From positions 608,001 through 672,000 of the forward strand of contig CAVOGR010000001.1 of the NCBI GenBank assembly GCA_963695555.1: 64,000 bases of DNA. The letters run 5' to 3'. This DNA is from an uncultured Gemmatimonadales bacterium. Its GTDB lineage: Bacteria > Gemmatimonadota > Gemmatimonadetes > Gemmatimonadales > GWC2-71-9. Under the pieces are notes generated by a model. That model ran no database searches and was not told the origin of the DNA. It saw only the letters and a program-made list of their open reading frames with translations. A program made the position numbers and the translations under genes. Below, one piece after another: positions 53,836 through 63,304 of this stretch. Position 1 is the first letter of the stretch, and every line of letters starts with the position of its first letter.

Positions 53836-55746
53836 GACGTGGCTCCCTTCGCCAGATGGGCGAGTATGGCCTGGTGAATCATCTTGGGCTGGAGTGGCTC
53901 GCCCGGCACGCGTGTCCAGCAGTCGACATCGACCAGCGTCGTTGCCCGGAGCAGCCAGGCCAGCTGCCCCCGGCGTCGATTCTCGTCGGTAATGAACGGA
54001 TCGTCGGGCTCGTCGCTGTAGTTGATCTCGACGGTCATGACCTTGCCGAACCGGTGGAAGATATCTTTGAGGCCGGGCTCGAGCGGCGAGAGGAAGCGGA
54101 GGTGGAGCGAGGAAACCGCGAGGCCCTCCGCTCGTGCCCGATCGACCGCTTCATTGATGGCCCCCTCGGTGCTCCCCCAGCCCACGACCAAGAGATCGCC
54201 GGCGTCATCCCCACGGACCGTGGGAGGCCGGAGCGTGCTCTGAAAGACCGCCAGCTTGCGACTGCGCATGGCGCAGCCGAGCTGGTTCACTCCGGGGCCG
54301 TAGGCGACCTTGCTCCGCTCGTCGTGGGCCAGGCCGGTGGCGGTGAACATCCCGCCGGGTTGGCCGGGAATGATCCGGCGGGAGAGCCCGGCCTCCGGAT
54401 CCCATTGGTAGGGCAGGGTGCCCTCCGGAACGGGGCTCAGGTCGACCGGAGCGGCGATCCACTCCGTGGTCACCTCCGGCCGAAGGAAGGGCTGAACCCC
54501 GGTGGCCAGGTTGGCATCCGACAGCACCATCACGAGGCAGCGGAATGCCTCGGCGATGCGCCGGGCCGTGATCATGCAGGCAAAGCACTCTTCGATGGTG
54601 GCCGGGGCGAGGACGACGTGGGGCGTGTCGCCGGGCTGCCCGAAGATGGCGGCCAGGAGATCCGATTGCTCGACCTTGGTCGGCAGTCCCGTGCTCGGCC
54701 CGCCGCGTTGCACATCCACCAAGCACGAGCGGCGTTTCGGTCATGACGGCAAGGCCAAGGAACTCGGTCTTGAGCGCCAAGCCCGGGCCGGAGGTGATGG
54801 TGAACGCCACCTTGCCCGCGTAGGAGGCTCCGATCGCAACTCCCACCGCCGCGATCTCGTCCTCGGCCTGGTGGACGACGCCGCCAAAGTCCTCGAAGAC
54901 CTCGCTCAGGTAGTGCGACGCCGAGGTGGCCGGGGTGATGGGGTACATGGCACAGAGTTCCATGCCCGCCGCGATCGCGCCCAGGCCGACGGCTTGGTTG
55001 CCGTTCATGACGACCATGGCCCTCTCGCTCTTGGCGATGGGGACCTCAACCCGGAAATCCAGGTGGTCCTCAGCCCAGCGGATTCCAGCTTCCAGGAGGG
55101 CAATGTTGGTGTCGATCACCTCCTGTGACTTCTTTCGGAACTCATTGGCGATGAGCATGCGGAGGATGTCGGCGTCCCGGCCATACACGCCGGCCAACAG
55201 CCCGAGCGCGAACATGTTCTTACCGCGTGCCGGGATGTCCAGGATCTTCTGGCACTCCTCTTCCATCGGCACCCGAATAAACTGGTAGGAGCGCTGCCCC
55301 AGCTCCTCCATGGCCGTCTGCCACTCCTCGCGGATCGTGGGATCCTCGTGGGTTTCCCACTGGCTCTCGATCAGGATGATGGCGTCCTCGGCCAAGGCGT
55401 CGAGGCGATGGCGGGACAGCAACACCTGCTCGTTGAATGCCACCACTACGTTGGCGGCGTCACCCCAGTTGGTAACCGGCTCGGTGCCGATACGGATACG
55501 GTTGCCGCTCGCGCTGCCGGGCGTGCGGGCCGGCGGCTGGATTTCGGCGGGGATGATCTCGACCGTCCACACCCCGTTCCCCATGCGGGCCGACGTGCGA
55601 CCGAACAGCTGACCGCACTTCTGTGCGCCCTCGCCCGAGTCGGAGACGATCTCGACCGTGTGCTCGGGGACCCGGATCTGGGTCGGGGGTCCTTCGAGAA
55701 CGATGGCGGTCGCGGAGTCGACAGGGTTGGAGGCGGAGGAGTTCAT
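53832..55746 (-). CDS. 2-oxoacid:ferredoxin oxidoreductase alpha subunit (KorA-like; one-base frameshift near 54721)
   Basis: DSGEG gamma domain, GNQA, YPITPA, QAEDEIAA, TSGPG; continues after one extra base as VDVQRGGPSTGLPTKVEQSD. Confidence 0.92.
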
Positions 55747-55962
55747 GGGTGTTCCGGTGCCAAAGTCGTGGATGGGTGGCCAGGTCAGGTCCCGGGCCAC
55801 ACACATTCTAGCTCGTGGAAGGCCCCAGTCGCAGTGACGCTCAACCACGTGTGAAGGCCCGGCCTGCTACCAGGTTCATGAAGCCGGGTAAATCCTTACG
55901 AATCTTAAACTAAGGCCAGCAATAATGGCATAAGAAACCATGAAGGAATCTTCATTGTTGGC

Positions 55963-56895
55963 TCAAACAGGCCCCGCCGGGCGTGCCGCCAGTCGCAGCC
56001 CACCGAGCCTGGCGGCTATCCAACTCCAATTCACGAACAAGAGCAAGTGGAACATGCTCACGAAGAAGATTTGCATGCTCAACAAGATGGCCAGATGAAA
56101 GCCCACGGCGGCCGGGACGAGGATACGGCGCGCCATCTTCGAGAAGAGCGTCGTCACGAATACCAGCTCGAACAGGAATACGGCGACCGCCCCGAGTGTC
56201 GTCAGCACGGCAGACCCGGCGACGAGCGATCCCAGGTTGCTGACCTGGTGCCCGGGGACGATGTGGGCGAAGAGCACGGCTTGACGGCCGATTTGTTCCG
56301 GACTGAACCAGCCTAGTCCATGGTGATACAGCTTTCCCCAGAACCCGAACAGGTAGATCTGCGCCACGAAGAGCTGCATGAGGCGGAGCGGCCAGGTGTA
56401 CTCCCAGTGGGGTGCGATGGACGCCGCGCCACCGGTGCGACGGCCTACTCGCCAGACGTCGGCACACCTGGCCGCCGAGAGCACCACCAGGCTCAGGACC
56501 GCAATAGTGAAGCCCCGCGCGTGAGGGTCCGTTTCGACCAAGAACGTCTGGAGCGGCGCGAGGTGGTACAGCATCACCGCAGCCGCCAGCGCTGCCACGC
56601 GTGTCCAGAGCCCCAAGAGCACGGCCAGGAGGGCGACGAGCGCGAGTGCCTCGATGATCTGTTCCACCCCGGGGTGACCCGGGAAGATGAGAAAGCGCCA
56701 TTGGGCCGAGAGCCGTGCTTGCCACCAGAATCCCTGGGGAATACCGGACAGCGCCGCTATGTCCCAGGACCAGACAACCCACATTGCATGTGCCGCGATG
56801 ATAATACGCGCCGCCGACAGATTTGCGGCGGCGCCGGGCGTGTACCACAGTCGCTGCCACTCGTGTTTCAGCCACCCTAGCAATCGCGCACTCAT
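55963..56895 (-). CDS. HTTM-domain (SdpB / vitamin K-dependent carboxylase-like) membrane protein, copy A
   Basis: Multi-TM; WPLRLMQLFVAQIYLFGFWGKL...GW, FEL, GFH motifs. Confidence 0.75.
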   Translation of the reverse strand: MSARLLGWLKHEWQRLWYTPGAAANLSAARIIIAAHAMWVVWSWDIAALSGIPQGFWWQARLSAQWRFLIFPGHPGVEQIIEALALVALLAVLLGLWTRVAALAAAVMLYHLAPLQTFLVETDPHARGFTIAVLSLVVLSAARCADVWRVGRRTGGAASIAPHWEYTWPLRLMQLFVAQIYLFGFWGKLYHHGLGWFSPEQIGRQAVLFAHIVPGHQVSNLGSLVAGSAVLTTLGAVAVFLFELVFVTTLFSKMARRILVPAAVGFHLAILLSMQIFFVSMFHLLLFVNWSWIAARLGGLRLAARPAGPV

Positions 56896-57548
56896 GGCGC
56901 GATGTACTCGAAGACGAGGCTGCGCGGTTGGTCCGCTGCCGCTTGTGGAGGCTCATCGAGGTTGGCGTGAAACTGGTAGATCCTGAGCCCCTTCACGTCG
57001 AGCGGGCTCATACTGTCGCCGTGCGTCCACACCGGCGGCAGCACCAGCCGGGGACGCGCGGCCAACGGCCCCCGGTCGCCAGGAAGGCGACGGCCCGCGT
57101 CCAGGTCTCCGCGTGCCCTGGCGATTTTGTCGAGGAGCCAGGGGGCCACTTGGGCGAATGCCTCCGGATTCCGACGGCGGGTCCGCTCGAGCCAGGTATG
57201 GAGGTCCATCCAGTCGATGGGATAGAGCGCTCGCAAGTCCAAGTCGTGCTCGACACCCTTGTCGTCGACGACGACGGGACGGAGGCCCGAATACTCAGCC
57301 ACGAAATACTCGTTGTCCATCGGCCAATGAGTGAAGGGCCACATTTCGTGCTGCATCGCCCCAACCGCCATGCTCACCACCACGGAGAATGCCACGAGGA
57401 GGCCCACCCCCCTGCGCCGCTCACCCGGCGAGCGGACGAGCAGGCTGCCGGCGCGTACCGCCAAAACGACGAAGGTAAGGAATACCACGAGCCGGGCCAT
57501 GTCCGCGATTGCCGTCAGACTCGACACTGGCCCTCGGATGTCTTGCAC
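56892..57548 (-). CDS. Two-TM anchored HTTM partner protein, copy A
   Basis: Two TMs then EMWPFTHWPM soluble domain; ATGA overlap with HTTM copy A. The start may be ATG 57500. Confidence 0.72.
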   Translation of the reverse strand: MQDIRGPVSSLTAIADMARLVVFLTFVVLAVRAGSLLVRSPGERRRGVGLLVAFSVVVSMAVGAMQHEMWPFTHWPMDNEYFVAEYSGLRPVVVDDKGVEHDLDLRALYPIDWMDLHTWLERTRRRNPEAFAQVAPWLLDKIARARGDLDAGRRLPGDRGPLAARPRLVLPPVWTHGDSMSPLDVKGLRIYQFHANLDEPPQAAADQPRSLVFEYIAP

Positions 57549-57647
57549 GGAGGGAGCATATTTTCGAGTGAATGCGTTGGCAGAGCCCGTGTGTCGTGAG
57601 CTCGGCGAAGGGTGGGGCGCAAGCTTAGGCGCTCACTTCGAGCGGAG

Positions 57648-57851
57648 TCACCCCGCGTCACCGGCACCACTCGACGACGTGGCAACCGCCTTTAAGGCAA
57701 AGCGCATGGCCTCACCGAGTAATTCGGGAGGATAGGCCTGGAGGAATGGTTCTGGAGGATCCACGTATAGCCAGAAGATCTCCATGCACTGTTCGTCGCT
57801 CAGCTCCTCGATCCAATCAGTGCCGGCTACGTCCGGGCTCTGTTGTGCCAT
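57648..57851 (-). CDS. 67-aa acidic peptide (candidate precursor or accessory protein)
   Basis: GGAG RBS; MAQQSPDVAGTDWIEELSDEQCMEIFWLYVDPPEPFLQAYPPELLGEAMRFALKAVATSSSGAGDAG; fills the intergenic gap. Confidence 0.6.
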   Translation of the reverse strand: MAQQSPDVAGTDWIEELSDEQCMEIFWLYVDPPEPFLQAYPPELLGEAMRFALKAVATSSSGAGDAG

Positions 57852-57966
57852 CGACCGCTCCACGTCCGGAATAGGTGGTATGGGTGCGCGCTCCGGCCTG
57901 CAATCTGTGCGTGATAGCGGCACCAGGACAAGCGAATGAGGACCTCACACGTCGTGCGAGTGAGTC

Positions 57967-59154
57967 TCAGCTGCTTTCCGGCGTCCGCGTGGCGGGCAGA
58001 TCTCGGGAACCCATCAGCTTGACCGCGCCGGCAATCGGCAGCGCGCTCGCGACCAAGAGAGCCCGATATGCCGCTCTGACGGATACCCGCCAGGCTCGCC
58101 CCAGGCGAGGGAACCGGTGCTCCAGCCAGGCAATGAAGCGGTAGGGGGACGGCTCCAGGGTCCGTTGCCACACCTGATGGATCCAGAGCGCTCGGCGCTC
58201 CCGCCTGCCCAGCAGCAGCGCGAAGGTCCACTCGGCCAGGTCTCTGGCGCGGGCCGCGGAGACCGGAAGTCTCCGTGTTAGCTGCCTCACCAGGTAATGG
58301 GCGAGCGCCAGGTGGCGGAACCGATCGGCGGTCGGAACACCCGTCGACATTGCGTGCGCCATCGCAAGGACGTCGCCGAGTGGTGTTGCGTACTCGTGTT
58401 GATCGACTCGTGTCTTCAGCCCGGTCAGCTCCTCGGCCCCGCATGCTGCGACCGCATCGGCCACCACGATCACGTCCCGCAACCGACCCCGCCGGTTCGG
58501 ATGGTCCACCACGGCATGCCGGAGGACATGCCACAGATGATCAGCCGGCGCGAGCGCGTGCAGGCCGGAACAGCCGGGAACCGGCGTGAGCCCATGCCAC
58601 ACTCGCTCGGCGGGTGGCGTGCCGTCCGCGTCGAGGCTGAGGTGAATCTCGACTGGCAGGGCATTGGGCGTAATCCGGGCACCGAGATGCTGGGCGGTGC
58701 TGAAGATGGCGCCGTGGCCCCGCTCATCGAGGATGGTTGCCAGGGCCCCCGCCGCGGCCCCCGGTAGGAGGATGTCGACGTCGTTGAGGTCGACCGGCCC
58801 GGGGCCGACGAGCGCGGACAGCCCGCCCTTGAGCACGGCCGGGCGCCAGTCTCGCTCCAGCGCGATCCGCCCGAGCTCATGCAGTTGGCTCCGTGCGGAG
58901 AGGACCCGGGTCTGCTCGTCCAGGGCCCGCTCGCGGATCGCGTTCTGGACCTCCGAAGTAAGCTGCGGGAGATGACCCGTGGTCTCCAGGCATCGCTCGA
59001 GCCGGATGGCACAACGCTCGGCACGCAAGAACGCGTGCCATGTCGCGGGTGAGCAGGCAAGTGCCGGCTGCCACGTGGGTCCGGCGGGCAGGCCACTCAG
59101 CGTTCGCAGAGCCAGTTCGCGAAGTCGGAGTGCTCCGCGGGGCGATCCGCTCAT
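57967..59154 (-). CDS. Nucleotidyltransferase family protein (NTP_transf_5-like)
   Basis: VLKG...DVDILL...VEIH...HVLRH...RLRDV, pol-beta-type motifs. Confidence 0.8.
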   Translation of the reverse strand: MSGSPRGALRLRELALRTLSGLPAGPTWQPALACSPATWHAFLRAERCAIRLERCLETTGHLPQLTSEVQNAIRERALDEQTRVLSARSQLHELGRIALERDWRPAVLKGGLSALVGPGPVDLNDVDILLPGAAAGALATILDERGHGAIFSTAQHLGARITPNALPVEIHLSLDADGTPPAERVWHGLTPVPGCSGLHALAPADHLWHVLRHAVVDHPNRRGRLRDVIVVADAVAACGAEELTGLKTRVDQHEYATPLGDVLAMAHAMSTGVPTADRFRHLALAHYLVRQLTRRLPVSAARARDLAEWTFALLLGRRERRALWIHQVWQRTLEPSPYRFIAWLEHRFPRLGRAWRVSVRAAYRALLVASALPIAGAVKLMGSRDLPATRTPESS

Positions 59155-59170
59155 GTCGGATGAAGTCGAA

Positions 59171-60106
59171 TCACGGCACAGCAGCGTGGAGCGGGACTCG
59201 AGGAGCGCCTGCCGGGCGCTTCAACGCCTTGAGCCACACCCAATCCCAGTTCACGAAGATCAGCAGAAGCAGCGCAGTGACGAAAGTCAAATTCATCGCA
59301 TATGCGATACCGATATGGAATGCCAGCGCGGCAGGCACGAACCAGCGCCGGGCCATGGACGAGAACATGACGGACACAAATCCGAACTCGAGGACGAGTG
59401 CGCCAATGGCGATTCCGAGGCAAATCGTGGGATGCGACGCGATCCAGAGCCCAAGCGCCTGGAAGCGGGCCACTTCGGGGTCCTGCACCAGATAGAGAAT
59501 CCAGCGCCGGATGTTGTCGGCGGACACCCAGTCCAATCCCGTCCGCACGATCTTCGACCAGCCGGAGAAGAGATAGATTTCGCATATCAGCAGCTGGATG
59601 AGTCGAAGCTGCCACGAGTAGGCCAATCCTGGGCTCGGCTCGCGGTTTCGGCCGGGTGTAATGAGGGAAAGGCGGTCATCGCAGCGCGACAGGGAAAGGA
59701 GGATGAGAGCCAAGACGGGAATGGTGAGACCGCGAACGTACGGCGTCGATATCCAGATGATCCCTTCGAGTGGCGCCAGGTGGTAGAGCAGGATCCCGGC
59801 TATGGCACAGCACACGCGGGCGTAGATACCTACCAACGCTCCGACGAGCGTGACGAGCGCCACGACGAGGAGAATACGCTCCAGTTCCGGGTGACCGGGG
59901 AAGACGAGGTACCGCCACATCGTGCTCGGGTCCACCCGAGACCAGAAGACTGACGGTAGCCCGGAAATGGCTGGGTAGTCGCGGGAGAGGAGGATCCAAA
60001 GAGCCTGGGCCGCTACCAGCACTCGAGCCACTGCCAGATTGAGCGCAGATGCGTGCTGGAACCAGAACCAATCCCAGGACGAGCCCCTGGGAGCCACGCC
60101 TGTCAT
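59171..60106 (-). CDS. HTTM-domain membrane protein, copy B
   Basis: WQLRLIQLLICEIYLFSGWSKI...GLDW, LEF, AFH; aligns end to end with copy A. Confidence 0.78.
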   Translation of the reverse strand: MTGVAPRGSSWDWFWFQHASALNLAVARVLVAAQALWILLSRDYPAISGLPSVFWSRVDPSTMWRYLVFPGHPELERILLVVALVTLVGALVGIYARVCCAIAGILLYHLAPLEGIIWISTPYVRGLTIPVLALILLSLSRCDDRLSLITPGRNREPSPGLAYSWQLRLIQLLICEIYLFSGWSKIVRTGLDWVSADNIRRWILYLVQDPEVARFQALGLWIASHPTICLGIAIGALVLEFGFVSVMFSSMARRWFVPAALAFHIGIAYAMNLTFVTALLLLIFVNWDWVWLKALKRPAGAPRVPLHAAVP

Positions 60107-60819
60107 GGCGTCTGCTCCGGGAATTCGTGGAGCACCTCTCGGACGAGCTCGGTCCGGCCTTCATCGACATTCCACCATTCCCGAATGACCCGCACACCGA
60201 CGAACGGCTCGGCAGGGGCATCATCCGGCCGGGACCACACGGTGGGATGCAGCATGTGCTCCGGTGCGGTGAGCGGTCCGAGAAATCGATGGAGATACCC
60301 CACGCGGCGGCCCTGCCGTGCCTGGACTCGCCCTGCATTGGCACGATCGAGCAGCCAGCGGCTCGCCTCATCCTGCTCCGCGGGTGTCAGGGTGGTGAAT
60401 CGGAGATCGAGCCACGCGATCAGTTCTTCCCATTGGAGCGGATGCCAGGATCGAGAATCGACGACGTGTTCTTGGCCGTTCGCACCAATGGCGAACACGC
60501 GGGCGTGACCGACCTCGGGCGAGCGCACGTCGGGGATCATGGACCAGGCCGAGAACGGCCAGAGTTCTCGTCGCGAGAGTCCTGCTGCCATACTGATTCC
60601 CAGAGTGAACACCACGAGCGCATTGACGGCCCGCCGACGCGTGTACGATGATCGTCCGGTATGTTCCGTCCACCATACCCGTGCCGCCGAGAGAAGGAAC
60701 ACCACCCAGCCGAGGGCCGGCACCAGGTTCTTGACCCAGCGCGGGATGGTACTCTCCGCCATGAAATCTGGAATGCGCCGCTCTTGCACCGTCGCCCTCC
60801 GCAGTCGTGCTGCGATCAA
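60103..60819 (-). CDS. Two-TM anchored HTTM partner protein, copy B
   Basis: ELWPFSAWSM...EH.VD.R..HP..W..L..WL...WLLD...GPL.A......P.VW. Start is TTG 60819 (overlapping the formyltransferase stop) or ATG 60762. Confidence 0.72.
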   Translation of the reverse strand: MIAARLRRATVQERRIPDFMAESTIPRWVKNLVPALGWVVFLLSAARVWWTEHTGRSSYTRRRAVNALVVFTLGISMAAGLSRRELWPFSAWSMIPDVRSPEVGHARVFAIGANGQEHVVDSRSWHPLQWEELIAWLDLRFTTLTPAEQDEASRWLLDRANAGRVQARQGRRVGYLHRFLGPLTAPEHMLHPTVWSRPDDAPAEPFVGVRVIREWWNVDEGRTELVREVLHEFPEQTP

Positions 60820-61748
60820 AGATGATTCGTGGGGCCGGTATCGGGCAGGACCGGCACCCGGCCACTCAGGTGAACCACTCCGTCCTTGCAGTAGAGCAGG
60901 GCGCCGTCTGCGGTGCGCGCGACCGTCCCGGCGCGCTCGGCCACCGTCTGGTGGCGGAATCCCGGCACGCTGGCATACTCTACGGGTTGGCCCATGTCGT
61001 CGAGCAGGGGCTCATGGAATCGGGGGACCAGGCCCGCCAGAAAGTGCCACACTCGCTCGACATCCCACTCGGCGAAATCGACCATGCGGCTTCCGGGCCC
61101 GATCATCGGAGCGGCGGTGGCTCGCTGGTGGTCTTGGGGAATCCGGGGGGCTGTCCCACGCTCGACGGCCTCGAGGGCCCGCCGCAGCAGGGCGCCGCCC
61201 TCATGGGCGTTCCGTCGGTTCAGGGCTTCGACGGGGTACCCCCGTGGCAGCGGCATAGCGTTCTGAAGGAGGATATCGCCGGTGTCGGCATGTTCATCCA
61301 CCCAGTGCACCGTCACCCCAGTCTCGCGATCGTCCTGATAGTAGATCCAAAACAAGGGAAGGACTCCCCGGTGCCGCGGCAGTAATGACGGATGGCTATT
61401 GATGGCACCGATCGCCGGCACCGCGAGGAATGCGGGCGGGAGAATCCAGCGATACCCCGCGATGCAAAAGAGATCCGGCTGGAGTTCCTCGAGGCGTTCG
61501 ACGATGCGGATATCGTTGCCGGAGCGTGCCGCCCAACACGGGATGGCATGCTCCCTGGCCACTGCGGTGAGGACGTCCGGGGTGCCAATTCTGAGTGCCC
61601 GGGCGGCCGCGGCGACGCGCCGGCGAACTCGCGATCCTCGCGCGAAGGAAGCCGCGCGGATGACGGCCACGACGCGATGCTCATCCACGATCGACCGTAA
61701 GTGCTCAGCCGAATACTCGCCGCCCATGCCGAAGAACGCGATTTTCAT
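60816..61748 (-). CDS. N10-formyl-THF-dependent formyltransferase (Fmt-like)
   Basis: MKIAFFG, INSHPSLLPRHRG, GVTVHWVDEHADTGDI, plus a short C-terminal domain. Confidence 0.88.
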   Translation of the reverse strand: MKIAFFGMGGEYSAEHLRSIVDEHRVVAVIRAASFARGSRVRRRVAAAARALRIGTPDVLTAVAREHAIPCWAARSGNDIRIVERLEELQPDLFCIAGYRWILPPAFLAVPAIGAINSHPSLLPRHRGVLPLFWIYYQDDRETGVTVHWVDEHADTGDILLQNAMPLPRGYPVEALNRRNAHEGGALLRRALEAVERGTAPRIPQDHQRATAAPMIGPGSRMVDFAEWDVERVWHFLAGLVPRFHEPLLDDMGQPVEYASVPGFRHQTVAERAGTVARTADGALLYCKDGVVHLSGRVPVLPDTGPTNHL

Positions 61749-61895
61749 CAGTGGGCGACTGTGTCTCGGGCAACGCGACGCACGATCAAGCCGGTGCGGT
61801 GACGCATGGGGTGTGGGATCGTTGGGCGGCGGGATATGTTTGGCCCATGCACACCGATGGGTCTGAGTGACCCCGCGGCCGATCGATCGACGCCC

Positions 61896-62513
61896 ATGGA
61901 GAACGAGGTGCGCCACGTGAGGCCGGACGACGCGCCTGCGGCGGCTCGAGTCCGGGTGGTGGAGCCGTCGGAGGTCCGGGCTGTTGCCTCGCTGCTCAAG
62001 CGCTCGAACGAAGTAATCGAATCGCGAATTGTCGGGGCGAGCATGGGTGCCACGATGCCGGCGGGGACTCGGATCCGCATCCGGTGCGGCGACGTGTCGG
62101 AATGGTCGATCGGCGCAGTCGTGGTCTTCTTCACGGGACGCACCCTAGTAGGACACCGAGTCGTCGCACGGGGAACGGGACGGGCCAAGGACTATTGGGT
62201 CACGCGGGGCGATGGTACGATCTTCTGTGATGCGCCGGTGCACCAAGACGTGATCCTCGGGGTGGTGACTGAGTGCGCGGGTGGAACCGACTGGCACCCG
62301 GTGCCCGCCTGTGTCCCGGCCGGCTCCGTTCGTCGACTGGCTGCAAGCGCCGCCGGCGCCATCCTTCGCTTATTGCTCAAAATCGACGTTGCCGTTGCCA
62401 CGCGGTGGGCCACGGGGACCGTTCGATTGGGCCATGGGTTCAGGCGGCTCCGTGGTGAGAAGCTCGGGACCCGGCCCGCCGCCGCCGGCCAGGACGACTC
62501 GCCCGGCGGCTAG
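61896..62513 (+). CDS. S24/S26 family (signal-peptidase-like, Ser/His type) peptidase
   Basis: GASMGATM..G, GHRVV, TRGDG...D.PV...ILG; no N-terminal TM. Confidence 0.78.
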   Translation: MENEVRHVRPDDAPAAARVRVVEPSEVRAVASLLKRSNEVIESRIVGASMGATMPAGTRIRIRCGDVSEWSIGAVVVFFTGRTLVGHRVVARGTGRAKDYWVTRGDGTIFCDAPVHQDVILGVVTECAGGTDWHPVPACVPAGSVRRLAASAAGAILRLLLKIDVAVATRWATGTVRLGHGFRRLRGEKLGTRPAAAGQDDSPGG

Positions 62514-62521
62514 CTGCGGTC

Positions 62522-63304
62522 TCAATCGATTCCCAGTCGCTCCCGTACTGCGGCCCGGCGGGCATCGGACTGCTGGACCGCCACCTCGACCTCGCCCGGA
62601 TCGAAGCCCGCCTCGAGCCGCGCCTCCGTGGCCACCCCGTACTTCACGACGTTGGTGCCGCCCTTGGCGAAGACCTGCTCGAAGGCGCGCGCACCCTGGG
62701 TGAGGGCGCGGGACATGTGCAGCACGTTCCGCGGATCCTTGCCGAGTTGCTCCTTGATCCAGTCGTTGGCGAATCGGATGTGCAGCACTTCGTCGGCCTG
62801 CTGGGTCTCATACATCTCGGCGAGTTTGTCCTCGCCGTCCCGTCGGGCCTCCTCAATGGCGTGCGTGACCGCATCCAGTCCGTCGGCCTCGAAGGTCCGG
62901 TTTTGGACGGCGAGGCGCCCGACGAGCGTATCGATCTTCCGAAGAATCCGGTACTGGAAGTTCATCACCGGGTATTGGCCGACCTCTCCGCCACGTGCCT
63001 CGAGGAGCTCGCGGTAGGTGTCGACATGACGCGCTTCATCAGCAGCCTGCCGGGCCAACCAATACCGGATGTTCCAGTCGGCGTCCGGGAAGTCGGTGAT
63101 ATTGCTGGCCGCGTTTTCCAGGACGTTGCATTCCTCGTTCATCTGCCGGTGGAAGAACTCCATTTTCCACTCGGGATCATCCTCCGGCAGGTTGACCATG
63201 TCGACCCAGACTTCCTTCACGGTAAAGCGTTCGTCGCGCGCGGGACCCTCTCCGAAGAACGCAGGGTCGAGTGCCGGGTGGATCGTCGATGCCATGGTGT
63301 TCAC
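62522..63304 (-). CDS. DUF455-like ferritin-fold di-iron protein, paralogue 2
   Basis: H.QMNEE...DEARH...NRTFEA..LD...ADEVLH..F...W; GTGA overlap with paralogue 1. Confidence 0.82.
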   Translation of the reverse strand: MNTMASTIHPALDPAFFGEGPARDERFTVKEVWVDMVNLPEDDPEWKMEFFHRQMNEECNVLENAASNITDFPDADWNIRYWLARQAADEARHVDTYRELLEARGGEVGQYPVMNFQYRILRKIDTLVGRLAVQNRTFEADGLDAVTHAIEEARRDGEDKLAEMYETQQADEVLHIRFANDWIKEQLGKDPRNVLHMSRALTQGARAFEQVFAKGGTNVVKYGVATEARLEAGFDPGEVEVAVQQSDARRAAVRERLGID

